Assembly: GCA_011170325.1 (NCBI GenBank)
Contig: DUEX01000001.1
Span: 373 to 64,372 of the forward strand
Direction of reading: 5' to 3'
Source: Dehalococcoidia bacterium
Lineage (GTDB): Bacteria; Chloroflexota; Dehalococcoidia; GIF9; UBA5629
Length of the DNA stretch: 64,000 bases
The notes below the pieces were generated by a model. That model was not told the DNA's origin and ran no database searches. It worked only from the letters and a program-made list of their open reading frames with translations. The position numbers were made by a program, and so were the translations under genes. Shown here piece after piece: positions 30,630 to 40,103 of the stretch. Positions within the stretch are counted from its first letter, which is position 1. Every line of letters starts with the position of its first letter.

Positions 30630-31799
30630 ATGTTCACTGACTTTTTCTATACCCTCAGGAAAAGGAAGGTGCCAGTTTCAACTACTGAGTGGATGACCCT
30701 TATGGAGGCTCTTACTAAGGGTTGCATCACCAACCTAGATGAATTCTACTTTTTGGCAAGAGCGATACTGGTTAAGAGTGAAGCCTACTATGACCATTAT
30801 GATGTTGCCTTCAAGGAATATTTTAAGGGGGTGGAAACCCCAGCCGAGATTTCAGAACAGATATTGGAGTGGATTAGAGACCCCATTAACCGGATGATTC
30901 TTACTGAAAAGGAGCAAATCCTATTCGATAGCATGGATTTCGACGAACTGCTTGAGGAGTTGGAAAAGAGACTCAAAGAGCAGACTGAGCAGCATGATAG
31001 GGGTGGTTACTGGATCGGCCGGGGGGGCACCTCTCCCTTTGGTCATTCTGGATACTATCCCGCTGGCATTAGAATTGGTGGTGAATCAAGGGGCAGGCAT
31101 GCCATACAAATTGCTCAGGAGAGGAGATTCCGAAACTATCGCAACGATTTGACCCTCGATGTCCGCCAGATCAAGATAGCCCTAAAAAGCTTGCGAAGGC
31201 TAAGCCGAATTGGCTCTGAGGATGAGCTAGACTTAAAGAAAACTATCGACGCTATTGCTAAGAATGCGGGTGAGATTGAGCTAATGTGGCAGCGAAGCCG
31301 AAAGAATGCAGTTAAAGTGCTCCTGTTAATGGATGTTGGCGGGTCTATGGAACCCTTTGCTTTGCTGTGCAATCAACTATTCTCGGCAGCTCACTCTAGC
31401 ACTCATTTCAAAGATTTGCGCTACTATTATTTTCATAATTGCATCTATGATGACCTTTATCAGGACATTGAGAGACAAGAGGCAGTAAGCACCGACCGTC
31501 TCCTAAGCACCATAGAGTCTGACTATAAGCTGATATTGGTGGGAGATGCCAGGATGGCTCCCTCAGAGCTAATGGAGAGGTACGGGGCAATCAATTACTA
31601 TGAGCGCAATGAAACACCGGGGATAGTCCGGCTCAATCAGATTGCCGAACATTTTACTCACTATGTTTGGCTGAATCCCTATGGCCCACGCTTCTGGATT
31701 CACCCCACTGTTCAAATGATTGGGAAGATCTTTCCTATGTTTCCCCTTACCCTCAATGGTCTGGAGCAGGCCGTGAAAAGCTTGATCGTGAAGAAATAA
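30630..31799 (+). CDS. CoxE-like VWA domain protein
   Basis: 389 aa with a MIDAS-like LLLMDVGGSM motif in the C-terminal half. Separated from the upstream AAA+ gene by 2 nt. Confidence 0.75.
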   Translation: MFTDFFYTLRKRKVPVSTTEWMTLMEALTKGCITNLDEFYFLARAILVKSEAYYDHYDVAFKEYFKGVETPAEISEQILEWIRDPINRMILTEKEQILFDSMDFDELLEELEKRLKEQTEQHDRGGYWIGRGGTSPFGHSGYYPAGIRIGGESRGRHAIQIAQERRFRNYRNDLTLDVRQIKIALKSLRRLSRIGSEDELDLKKTIDAIAKNAGEIELMWQRSRKNAVKVLLLMDVGGSMEPFALLCNQLFSAAHSSTHFKDLRYYYFHNCIYDDLYQDIERQEAVSTDRLLSTIESDYKLILVGDARMAPSELMERYGAINYYERNETPGIVRLNQIAEHFTHYVWLNPYGPRFWIHPTVQMIGKIFPMFPLTLNGLEQAVKSLIVKK

Positions 31800-32046
31800 C
31801 CCTGCTTACTTCTTGAAGTGGCTCATACGTTGTTTGGGGTTCGTGTGTCGACTATTCTTGCCTACTAAAAATTAGTAGGCCCCAATTTGCACAAAATGAC
31901 GGGATGTTCAGTATACTCAGCCCTCTTGACAATATGGTCAGCTGGTTAAAATATTGAGTAGCTGCCCATTCACTATTGTCGACGCCGCAATGTGCCCGCA
32001 CCGAAGATTGTAGTCCGAAGGTTTGCCATTTGTCCAGGTTTCTAGG

Positions 32047-32718
32047 TCAGCTTGTCGGCCCGGTGCTCTTCTCCGGTTGATCTCCGCCAAACCCGTCAGT
32101 AACCCCCTTGGCTGACACCTTGCCCGCAGACATCACCATCTTCAGAGCGTCATCAATCGAAATATCGGTAGGGGTAACGTCTTCCTCAGCCACTATCTGT
32201 AGGAACCCCGAGGTGGGATTTGGTGCGGTAGGGATGAACACATTAAGCATTTGTTTGCCGGATTGACCCGCGTACTCGTTGGTGACAAAGGCAACCGTCT
32301 TCATGCCTTCCTTGGGAAATTCTATCATCACCACCCGCATAAAACTGCCCTTATCCTGTGATGAGAAGCTCTCCACGATCTGTTTGATGCTGTAGTATAG
32401 CTGACAAACCAGTGGTATTTTTGACAAAATAGATTCCCCGTAATGGATCAATTTACGGCCAGCGACGCTACCGACAATAACTCCGACTATAAGAATCAAC
32501 AGGATTGTAACGACGAGACCAACTCCAGGCACATTGTGCCCAAATATAGCTCTGATTACCGGCTGCAAGATGCCGTCGACCTTGTCGAAAACCCAGACCA
32601 GTATCAATATGGTGACACCGAGTGGTATAATGATCTTCAAACCGTCAAGGAACCGCCTTCTCAATGTCTTGGGTAGCCATTGACGGCCCGCAGACAATTT
32701 CTTTCCTGTCGCTTGCAT
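32047..32718 (-). CDS. DUF502 family membrane protein
   Basis: N-terminal RRRFLDGLKIIIPLGVTILILVWVF and a second TM helix, a typical DUF502 arrangement. Start placed at an internal Met of the 260-aa track ORF. Confidence 0.6.
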   Translation of the reverse strand: MQATGKKLSAGRQWLPKTLRRRFLDGLKIIIPLGVTILILVWVFDKVDGILQPVIRAIFGHNVPGVGLVVTILLILIVGVIVGSVAGRKLIHYGESILSKIPLVCQLYYSIKQIVESFSSQDKGSFMRVVMIEFPKEGMKTVAFVTNEYAGQSGKQMLNVFIPTAPNPTSGFLQIVAEEDVTPTDISIDDALKMVMSAGKVSAKGVTDGFGGDQPEKSTGPTS

Positions 32719-33264
32719 CCAGTCTCTGGCTTGGGTCTGTGTCAGACTGAGATATTTCCGTGAGGAATCAACTGCCTTCCGGGCGGCGGTTTTGCTATAA
32801 AAGACTCCCGAGTCCTTGAAAGATTTCATCGCTCATATTTTACCACTTCTTACCTGCCTCGAGAAATGGCCAAACTAAAAAGCATCTGCATCATCTCCCT
32901 GTCCAAAGTTGTAAATAAATTCTGCACGCCCTTGGGTTCACCTCCACGCTTGGTCCTAAACCAACGAAATAGCGTTTCGTGAGACGCTCTCCCGAAATCG
33001 AGCGTAGTCTACTTGGGGATGGTTCTGCCCTAAGATGAGTTAACCATCAATGTCGGGTGTTTCCGAAGGTAGGAGCAAGAGTGGTTGAGTCGGTTAGAAA
33101 GCATCTCGTGGAACGTGTAGTATTACAGAACTGCTTCTAGACTATGTGCGCACGGTGCTGCGGCATAGTAGCTGTGTTAAACGTTGCTTGCTGTTATTAT
33201 TGGCGGGTATATCTCTGTCTGATATAATATAAATGACCTAAGATTATACGCAAGGAGGGTACAG

Positions 33265-33828
33265 GTGAAAGACTCACGTTCTTTAGTCAATAGGATGCTC
33301 CGGGCTTCTAAACTCGAGGTTGGCCTCTACGAGGAAGTCGAATCTGACACAACGGCCAACTCGCAAGTTCTGATGGCAGTAGTCATAGTCAGCTTGGCCA
33401 CGGCGATCGGCACTGGCATCGCCGGGCTAGCTACGAAAGGTGCCCTGGGATTCTTGTAGGGGCTATTAGCTGGTCTTGCCGGCTCTCTAGTCGGCTGGCT
33501 GGCTTGGTCGTACCTCACATACATCCTGGGCACTACGGTGCTGAAGGGACCACATACTTCAGCAACTTGGGGTGAGCTGCTCAGAACCATCGGCTTCGCA
33601 CATTCTCCAGGCGTGCTGCGCATTTTTTCGTTTATTCCTTTTGTCGGCGGCATTATCTCCTTTGGTGCTTCTATCTGGTTTCTGATTGCCGGTGTAATTG
33701 GGGTAAGGCAGGCCCTTGATGTCTCCACCGGACGTGCTCTTGTGGTCTGTGTTGTGGGCTGGCTTGTCTATTTGGTAATCATCATGCTAATCAGCCTTCT
33801 ACTGGTGGGTGTCGGGGGGCTTTTCTAG
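33265..33828 (+). pseudogene. Yip1-family membrane protein interrupted by an in-frame TAG (33457..33459)
   Basis: Track ORFs 33265..33459 and 33538..33828 share one frame. The translation is continuous across the TAG (…GALGFL*GLLAGLAGSLVGW…) and Yip1-like throughout. Confidence 0.5.
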
Positions 33829-34147
33829 GAAACGTAACGGTATCTATCTTTACGTGGTAATAGGAGTCAGAATAACCGGAAAACTCACCCGCCAAAGCAT
33901 TAACAATTGGGCGAAAAGTGTAGCTCTTAGTCAGGTAGTGCTTGACATGGGCAGCCCAGCAGACTCAAGGAAGCGCTCGAGATAGATCACGCTGCTGGTA
34001 ACCATATCTATGGTCTTCTGGCTTTTGCCACCCCCGCATAGATTCGGTAGCCTGCGACCAGGGCTAAGAGTCCGAGCACCTTTTTTGATGAAGCAGGAGC
34101 CCCTTTTGACGAAGCTGAGATTTTGGGCTAGAATAGATATGATTTTT

Positions 34148-34222
34148 GCGGGAGTAACTCAGTGGTAGAGTTCCTGCCTTCCAAGCAGGCTGTCGCGGGT
34201 TCGAGCCCCGTCTCCCGCTCCA
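34148..34222 (+). tRNA. tRNA-Gly (anticodon TCC)
   Basis: Cloverleaf reconstructed by hand: acceptor stem GCGGGAG/CTCCCGC, D arm ACTC-AGTGGTA-GAGT, anticodon stem CCTGC/GCAGG with loop CTTCCAA, T arm GCGGG-TTCGAGC-CCCGT, and an encoded CCA. Confidence 0.85.
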
Positions 34223-34234
34223 CCAGATAGAGCC

Positions 34235-35668
34235 TCAGCTTTGTTGATGCCACTGTTGATATTGAATAAATTTGTTGATGGCACTGGCAGCTCGGCTTAT
34301 GGAGGGGTAAACGGGGAATCCAGCTTCACGTAGCCTCACATGCACCTCTGAAGCGAGCCGCTTAGCTTCATCTGTGGCATAGGAGTGCAAAACAACAGCC
34401 ATGGGCTTACTTAACGTGTTGTTCAAGTTGATGAGAGACTCAATAGAGGGCTTAATCACATCCTTTCCGTCTATCACACCCCAGGTGTCAAACGCCACAT
34501 GTATGATTAACAAATCAATCTGGTCACAATCAGCAATTATCCTGCTAGTGTTCAGAAGCATCTCTGGCCTCGCAAGTGTATCTACAGGATTTCCAAAAAT
34601 GTGCCCGGCCTCAGTGCCGTAAATCTCCTTCAGTTTCCGCCTGATCTGCGCCGGCAACACCGGTAGGGTTAACCCGGCATTTAAGCAGTCATCGGCAGAC
34701 TGGACACTGGCCCCACCCCCCGATCCAATTATCGCCGTGTTTCTTCCTTTCGGAGGAGACATGCGCAAAAAAAGCAAGGCTATATCAACTATTTCCTCCA
34801 CGCTGTGCACCTGAATGGCACCAGCTTGCTTCAAGAAACTCTCCCAGATTATGTTTGAGCCGGCTATAGCGCTGGTATGTGAAGCAGCAGCCCTTGTTCC
34901 ACTTTCCGTAGTCCCGGCCTTAAAGATTATCACTGGTTTTACTTTAGCTGCTCTCCTTAGCACTGTGGCAAAACGAGAGCCACCTTTCAAGCCTTCGATA
35001 TAGAGAGCGATTATCTGAGTCTCCGGGTCACAAGTAAAATACTCCAAAAAATCGGTCTCGTTGAGGTCAGAAGCATTCCCATAGCTTATGACCTTGCTGA
35101 AGTAAATGCCCCTTGTAGTTGCCTCCCTAATGCAATAGATGCTGTTTCCGCCACTCTGAGCAATAAGACCGACCGGGCCATTTTGTTTGGGAAAGCCACT
35201 TTGCTCAGGAAAGTTCACGGCGAACGATAAGCCCGTTTTAGGGCAGTATAAGCCCATACAATTTGGCCCAATGATCCGGATACCACTCTGGCGAGCTACC
35301 CTGAGGACCTCCGATTCCAGTTGTTGACCTTCCTCATCCTCTATTTCACTGAAGCCAGAGGTGAAAAAATGAATAGCTCTCACTCCCTTAGCAGCACAGT
35401 CCGCCACCAGTTGCGGCGTATATGGAGCCGGGATGGCTGATATAACATAATCAACTCTATCTGGAATATCCCTAACACTTGGATATATTTTCGAGCCAGA
35501 TACCTCGCCACCCTTAGGATTAACGGGATAAATCTTCCCTTCGAACCCAGTGTCGATCAAGCTTTGCATGAACCCTTGACCGGGGCTAAATTTAGTCGAA
35601 TCGCCTGAAACACCAGCAATAGCTATCGACCGGGGATGGAAAAGATAATCGAGGCCTAACTCATCCAT
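34235..35668 (-). CDS. Acyl-CoA synthetase (ADP-forming) alpha-subunit-like protein (CoA-binding + succinyl-CoA-synthetase-like flavodoxin domains)
   Basis: 477 aa with an N-terminal CoA-binding Rossmann region (IAIAGVS...KIYPVNPKG), a CoA-ligase domain, and the region containing the phospho-His loop. Confidence 0.65.
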   Translation of the reverse strand: MDELGLDYLFHPRSIAIAGVSGDSTKFSPGQGFMQSLIDTGFEGKIYPVNPKGGEVSGSKIYPSVRDIPDRVDYVISAIPAPYTPQLVADCAAKGVRAIHFFTSGFSEIEDEEGQQLESEVLRVARQSGIRIIGPNCMGLYCPKTGLSFAVNFPEQSGFPKQNGPVGLIAQSGGNSIYCIREATTRGIYFSKVISYGNASDLNETDFLEYFTCDPETQIIALYIEGLKGGSRFATVLRRAAKVKPVIIFKAGTTESGTRAAASHTSAIAGSNIIWESFLKQAGAIQVHSVEEIVDIALLFLRMSPPKGRNTAIIGSGGGASVQSADDCLNAGLTLPVLPAQIRRKLKEIYGTEAGHIFGNPVDTLARPEMLLNTSRIIADCDQIDLLIIHVAFDTWGVIDGKDVIKPSIESLINLNNTLSKPMAVVLHSYATDEAKRLASEVHVRLREAGFPVYPSISRAASAINKFIQYQQWHQQS

Positions 35669-36174
35669 TGTGATTCCTGCTTTGTATTCTCAATTGTCCC
35701 GCCTGATTCTCCTGCCGGTAATGTCTCTGTTCTCCTACAAGAAGTCTTAGACACAATTGCCAGCAACAGCTAACCATTCTATACCGTCACCAGTTCCCTT
35801 TCAATCTTCAAGTTATGACCTCACAGAATCAGCCAACAGCCAGAGTATCGTTCTCAAGGCAACAGAATAGACAGTCCTGGACGTATGCTTATCACTAACA
35901 TATTTGCTTGGTGCGTATGTGCCAAGTAAAGATAGAGTGACTGGTCTCCCATTCCACCCTATCTGGGTCAGCTTTGGATTGCTTGGGGTAAGTTTTTGCC
36001 TGTTGACAAAATAGGAAAAAGCTTCTATCATATAATTGCCATCGACCATAAGGCGGTGAGTTTTTAGTAAAATAAAAATATCCGCTTGGATCAGCACTGA
36101 CCGAGACGGAAAATAGTGGCAATCTATCTTAGGCCTTTTCAGCAGTGCTGAGAAGGTCTAATTTTTGGGCAACT

Positions 36175-37134
36175 ATGTATAACGCTATAACTGACATTCC
36201 GGGAATCAAAGTAGGACATTACAGTGATAGGGAAGCAATCACTGGCTGCACCGTGATTCTGTGCGAGACGGGGGCAGTAGCTGGAGTTGATGTCAGGGGC
36301 TCAGCACCAGGAACCAGAGAAACCGACCTGCTCCGACCAATGAACTTAGTGGAAAAGGTCCAGGCTATCCTTCTCAGCGGCGGCAGCGCCTTTGGACTGG
36401 ATGCCGCCAGTGGGGTAATGCGTTACCTCGAGGAGCGAGGCTTCGGTCACGAAACCTCAGTAGCTAAGGTGCCTATCGTTCCTGCAGCCATACTCTTCGA
36501 TTTAAGGATAGGTAGCTCCAAAATCAGACCCGGGGCCGAAGAAGGCTATAAGGCTTGCCTAGCTGCGAGTGACAGAGAGGTAGCCGAAGGTTGTGTTGGC
36601 GTTGGCACCGGAGCTACAGTAGGCAAGGCTCTGGGAATAGACAGCGCAACTAAAAGCGGTCTGGGCACAGCTAGCCAGGAAATAGGCGATGGTATCATTG
36701 TTGCTGCCCTGGTTGTGGTTAATGCCTTCGGAGATGTTATTGACCCCGGAACGGGAAGAATTTTAGCTGGTCCTCGTCATCACCAGGATAAGGAGTTCCT
36801 CAGTACCGCTGAACTATTAAAACAAGGTTATAACAGGCGAAATTCCCTGCCTGATAATACCACTCTGGGTGTAGTAGCCACCAACGCTGGCTTGAGTAAG
36901 GAGCAGGTGAACAAACTGGCACAGATGGCGCAAGACGGCGTAGCTCGGGCTATCAACCCCAGCCACACTATGTACGATGGCGATACCATGTTTGCTCTCT
37001 CCTTAGGTGAAAAGATGAGCGATGTCACCATTCTCGGTTCAGTGGCTGCTGAGATAGTAGCTACTGTTATAGTCAGGGCAATTCTTCAGGCCGAGACAGT
37101 TGCTGGTGTACCAGCAGTTAAAGATATGGTTTAG
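36175..37134 (+). CDS. DmpA/BapA-type (peptidase S58) aminopeptidase
   Basis: ITDIPGIKVGHYSD and VDVRGSAPGTRETDLL are N-terminal S58 family hallmarks, with an Ntn-hydrolase-like GGSAFGLDAA. Start taken at an internal Met. Confidence 0.65.
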   Translation: MYNAITDIPGIKVGHYSDREAITGCTVILCETGAVAGVDVRGSAPGTRETDLLRPMNLVEKVQAILLSGGSAFGLDAASGVMRYLEERGFGHETSVAKVPIVPAAILFDLRIGSSKIRPGAEEGYKACLAASDREVAEGCVGVGTGATVGKALGIDSATKSGLGTASQEIGDGIIVAALVVVNAFGDVIDPGTGRILAGPRHHQDKEFLSTAELLKQGYNRRNSLPDNTTLGVVATNAGLSKEQVNKLAQMAQDGVARAINPSHTMYDGDTMFALSLGEKMSDVTILGSVAAEIVATVIVRAILQAETVAGVPAVKDMV

Positions 37135-37145
37135 TTGGGGAAAAG

Positions 37146-38003
37146 ATGCTAACGATAGGCTTTATAGGTGCCGGGACTGTAGGCACAGCTTTAGCTGTAA
37201 GGCTTGCTCAGCAGCAGGGATACCAAATAATCGCTGTATCCAGCCGGAGCTTGACTTCAGCAGAAAAATTGGCTGAAAAGATAAGCGGCTGCCAGGTCTA
37301 TAAAGAAGCCCAAGAAGTAGCTGACATAGCTCAGCTTGTTTTCATTACCACTCCCGACGACGCTATTTCTAAGGTAGCTGCTGAAGTTCGGTGGCACAAT
37401 GGGCATAATGTGGTCCACTGCAGCGGTGCCCACTCCGTTGATATCCTGGAACCAGCCAAGCGATGGGGAGCCAATACAGGTTGTTTTCATCCCTTGCAGA
37501 CTTTTGCCAGTGCTGAACAAGCTATAGACAATCTACCCGGTTCCACCTTCGCTGCCGAAGCTGAAGGACCGCTACTGAATATACTCAAGGAGATGACTAT
37601 TGCTTTGGGAGGTGATTGGGTAATTCTCAAGGCTGGCGATAAGGTCCTATATCATGCAGCGGCGGTCTTTGCTTGTAACTATATGGTAACCTTGGTGAAG
37701 CTAGCCACAGACTTGTGGCAAACCTTCGGAGTATCACAAGCACAGGCAATCAAAGCCCTCATACCCCTGCTACGAGGTACATTGAGCAATATCGACAATG
37801 TTGGCTTACCCAACTGTCTCACTGGACCTATTGCCCGGGGCGATCTAGGCACAATAAGGAAGCACCTAGAAGCATTAGAAAAGGAGGCCCCGTCTTTACT
37901 TAGCAGTTATAAGGAGCTAGGGCTACAGACTATTCCGATTGCTCTAGCCAAAGGGAGAATCAGTTCAGAAAGAGCCAGGGAGTTACAAACCTTATTAAAA
38001 TAA
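37146..38003 (+). CDS. Rossmann-fold NAD(P)-binding protein with DUF2520-like C-terminus (putative PanG-type ketopantoate reductase)
   Basis: N-terminal [14 protein letters not shown] dinucleotide motif. Sits immediately upstream of panD-panB-panC. No canonical panE is present in the cluster. Confidence 0.55.
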   Translation: MLTIGFIGAGTVGTALAVRLAQQQGYQIIAVSSRSLTSAEKLAEKISGCQVYKEAQEVADIAQLVFITTPDDAISKVAAEVRWHNGHNVVHCSGAHSVDILEPAKRWGANTGCFHPLQTFASAEQAIDNLPGSTFAAEAEGPLLNILKEMTIALGGDWVILKAGDKVLYHAAAVFACNYMVTLVKLATDLWQTFGVSQAQAIKALIPLLRGTLSNIDNVGLPNCLTGPIARGDLGTIRKHLEALEKEAPSLLSSYKELGLQTIPIALAKGRISSERARELQTLLK

Positions 38004-38026
38004 ACATAAGGAGGATGGCCATGAGA

Positions 38027-38413
38027 ACAATGCTTAAAAGCAAAATCCATCGGGCTCGGGTTACCGAAGTTAATGTCGATTATGAAGGTAGTATAACCAT
38101 TGACAAGTGTCTGATGGAAGCAGCCGACATTCTTCCTTATGAACGAGTAGAGGTATTGAATATCAGCAATGGTGCCAGGTTTGACACCTATGCTATTGAA
38201 GGCGACAGAAACTCAGGGGAAATCTGCATCAACGGTGCCGCAGCGAGACTTGTGGCTAAAGGTGATATAGTGATTATTTTGACTTTCCAGCAAGTTTCAG
38301 ACGATGAGGCGACTACAGTTATACCAAAGTTAGTTTATGTAGATTCAGCCAATCGAATCCTTGAGTCTAAAAGGGAAAGGGATTGGGCAAAAGATTTGAT
38401 ATCACCATTTTAG
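38027..38413 (+). CDS. panD: Aspartate 1-decarboxylase
   Basis: [13 protein letters not shown]... with the self-processing region and the GAAARL motif. Confidence 0.85.
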   Translation, partial: TMLKSKIHRARVTEVNVDYEGSITIDKCLMEAADILPYERVEVLNISNGARFDTYAIEGDRNSGEICINGAAARLVAKGDIVIILTFQQVSDDEATTVIPKLVYVDSANRILESKRERDWAKDLISPF

Positions 38414-38427
38414 GGAGGGAGTCGAAA

Positions 38428-39261
38428 ATGCGTGTTGCCATCAATGAAATAAAGGAAATGAAACAAAAGAAAGAAATAATAGTCATGCTTACTGCCTATG
38501 ACTACTCTACGGCTAAGTTGATAGATGAAGCTGGTGTGCCGTTAATTTTGGTTGGGGATAGCCTGGGCATGGTGGTGCTGGGCTATGACTCAACCATTCC
38601 AGTAACTATGGAAGAAATGATTCACCATACTAAAGCTGTGGTTAGAGGCACTAAACGAGCTCTGGTAATAGGCGACATGCCATTTATGACTTATCACACT
38701 AGCATTTCTGATGCCTTGCGTAACGCCGCCCGGTTTATGCAGGAGGGAGGAGCTCAAGCAGTTAAGTTAGAAGGAGGTGTAGTTGTTGCTGATACAGTGA
38801 GGCGGATTGTCGATTGCGGAATTCCGGTTATGGGGCATATCGGGCTAACCCCACAATCTGTTCACCAGCTGGGAGGTCACAAGGTGCAGGGCAAAACTCC
38901 GGAGGCTGCTGAGCGCTTGCTCCAGGATGCTCGTGCCTTAGAACAAGCCGGCGCCTTCGCCATCGTCCTCGAGTTAGTGCCGGCGCCGCTATCCAAGCTA
39001 ATTACACAGACCATAAGCATCCCTACAATCGGCATCGGTGCCGGCCCTGACTGCGATGGTCAGGTACAAGTAATTAGCGACCTTCTAGGTCTATTTGCTG
39101 ATTTTGTGCCCAAACATGCCAAGCAGTATGCCAAGTTGGCTAGCGCAATCAGGGCTGCCATCGCTGATTACATGACTGAAGTCAAGTCAGGTAGCTTTCC
39201 TACCGCAGAACATAGCTCCACTATGGATGAGAGCCTGCTTGAAGAATTGGTTCATCACTAA
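38428..39261 (+). CDS. panB: 3-methyl-2-oxobutanoate hydroxymethyltransferase
   Basis: MLTAYDYSTAKLIDEAGVPLILVGDSLGMVVLGYDST is the PanB signature. Confidence 0.9.
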   Translation: MRVAINEIKEMKQKKEIIVMLTAYDYSTAKLIDEAGVPLILVGDSLGMVVLGYDSTIPVTMEEMIHHTKAVVRGTKRALVIGDMPFMTYHTSISDALRNAARFMQEGGAQAVKLEGGVVVADTVRRIVDCGIPVMGHIGLTPQSVHQLGGHKVQGKTPEAAERLLQDARALEQAGAFAIVLELVPAPLSKLITQTISIPTIGIGAGPDCDGQVQVISDLLGLFADFVPKHAKQYAKLASAIRAAIADYMTEVKSGSFPTAEHSSTMDESLLEELVHH

Positions 39262-39267
39262 ATAGTC

Positions 39268-40101
39268 ATGGAGGTAACCATAACCATTGCCGAGATGAAA
39301 GCGCTGAGGCGAGAGATTCCCGGCTCAGTAGGTTTTGTCCCCACCATGGGCTATCTTCATCAGGGACACTTGGCTTTGGTCAAGCAGGCTCGAGCTGATA
39401 ACTCAACAGTGGTAGCCAGCATCTTCGTTAATCCTACTCAGTTTGGTCCTGGTGAGGACTTTGACACCTATCCCCGCGATACAGAGCGTGATTTGGCTTT
39501 ATTAGAAAAAGAGAATGCTGATATCGTCTTCATTCCGTCAAACGAAGAGATGTATCCTGAAGGGTTCAGCAGCTTGGTGGAGGTGGAAAAAGTCACCGAG
39601 CGGCTTGAAGGGAGCCATCGTCCGGGGCATTTCAGGGGAGTGACTACTGTGGTCGCCAAGCTATTCAACATCGTCGAACCCACCCGATCTTACTTTGGTC
39701 AAAAGGATGCTCAGCAGGCCACAGTAATTAAGAAAATGGTCACTGACCTCAATATGAATTTAGAGATCACAGTTGTGCCTACTGTTCGGGAAAGTGATGG
39801 ACTGGCAATGAGCAGCCGTAATATCTACCTCAACCCCGAAGAACGTCAAGCGGCTACTGTTCTGTTCAAGGCACTCAGTCTAGCCCGGCAATTACAGGAA
39901 AGGGGCAAGATAGACGCCGAGTACCTACGCCAGAAAATGACTTCCCTCATTGGCAAGGAGCCGTTAGCCAAGATTGACTACGTCAGCATTGCCGATGCTC
40001 AAACTCTGGAAGAATTAACGGAAATCGATAGGCCAGCACTGGCTTCCCTGGCAGTTAGAATCGGCAAGACAAGGCTTATAGATAATATGGTACTAGAATA
40101 A
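39268..40101 (+). CDS. panC: Pantoate--beta-alanine ligase
   Basis: GFVPTMGYLHQGHLALV HIGH-class motif, and 277 aa in length. Confidence 0.9.
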   Translation: MEVTITIAEMKALRREIPGSVGFVPTMGYLHQGHLALVKQARADNSTVVASIFVNPTQFGPGEDFDTYPRDTERDLALLEKENADIVFIPSNEEMYPEGFSSLVEVEKVTERLEGSHRPGHFRGVTTVVAKLFNIVEPTRSYFGQKDAQQATVIKKMVTDLNMNLEITVVPTVRESDGLAMSSRNIYLNPEERQAATVLFKALSLARQLQERGKIDAEYLRQKMTSLIGKEPLAKIDYVSIADAQTLEELTEIDRPALASLAVRIGKTRLIDNMVLE

Positions 40102-40103
40102 AA

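Noticed and set aside
33457-33459. In-frame TAG read as pyrrolysine or a genetic-code reassignment
   Set aside because: TAG terminates neighbouring well-defined genes (proA, the FDH alpha subunit). No pyl genes are present in the window. A single occurrence is more parsimoniously explained by a mutation or sequencing error.
19663-34222. Classical tRNA-integrated genomic island between the tRNA-Gly fragment and the intact tRNA-Gly
   Set aside because: There is no tyrosine or serine integrase. The only mobility gene is a dead IS110 transposase, which does not target tRNAs in this way. The cargo is ordinary acyl-CoA metabolism that continues the flanking theme. The partial copy is the 5' rather than the 3' part of the tRNA. 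It is kept only as a rearrangement-scar finding.
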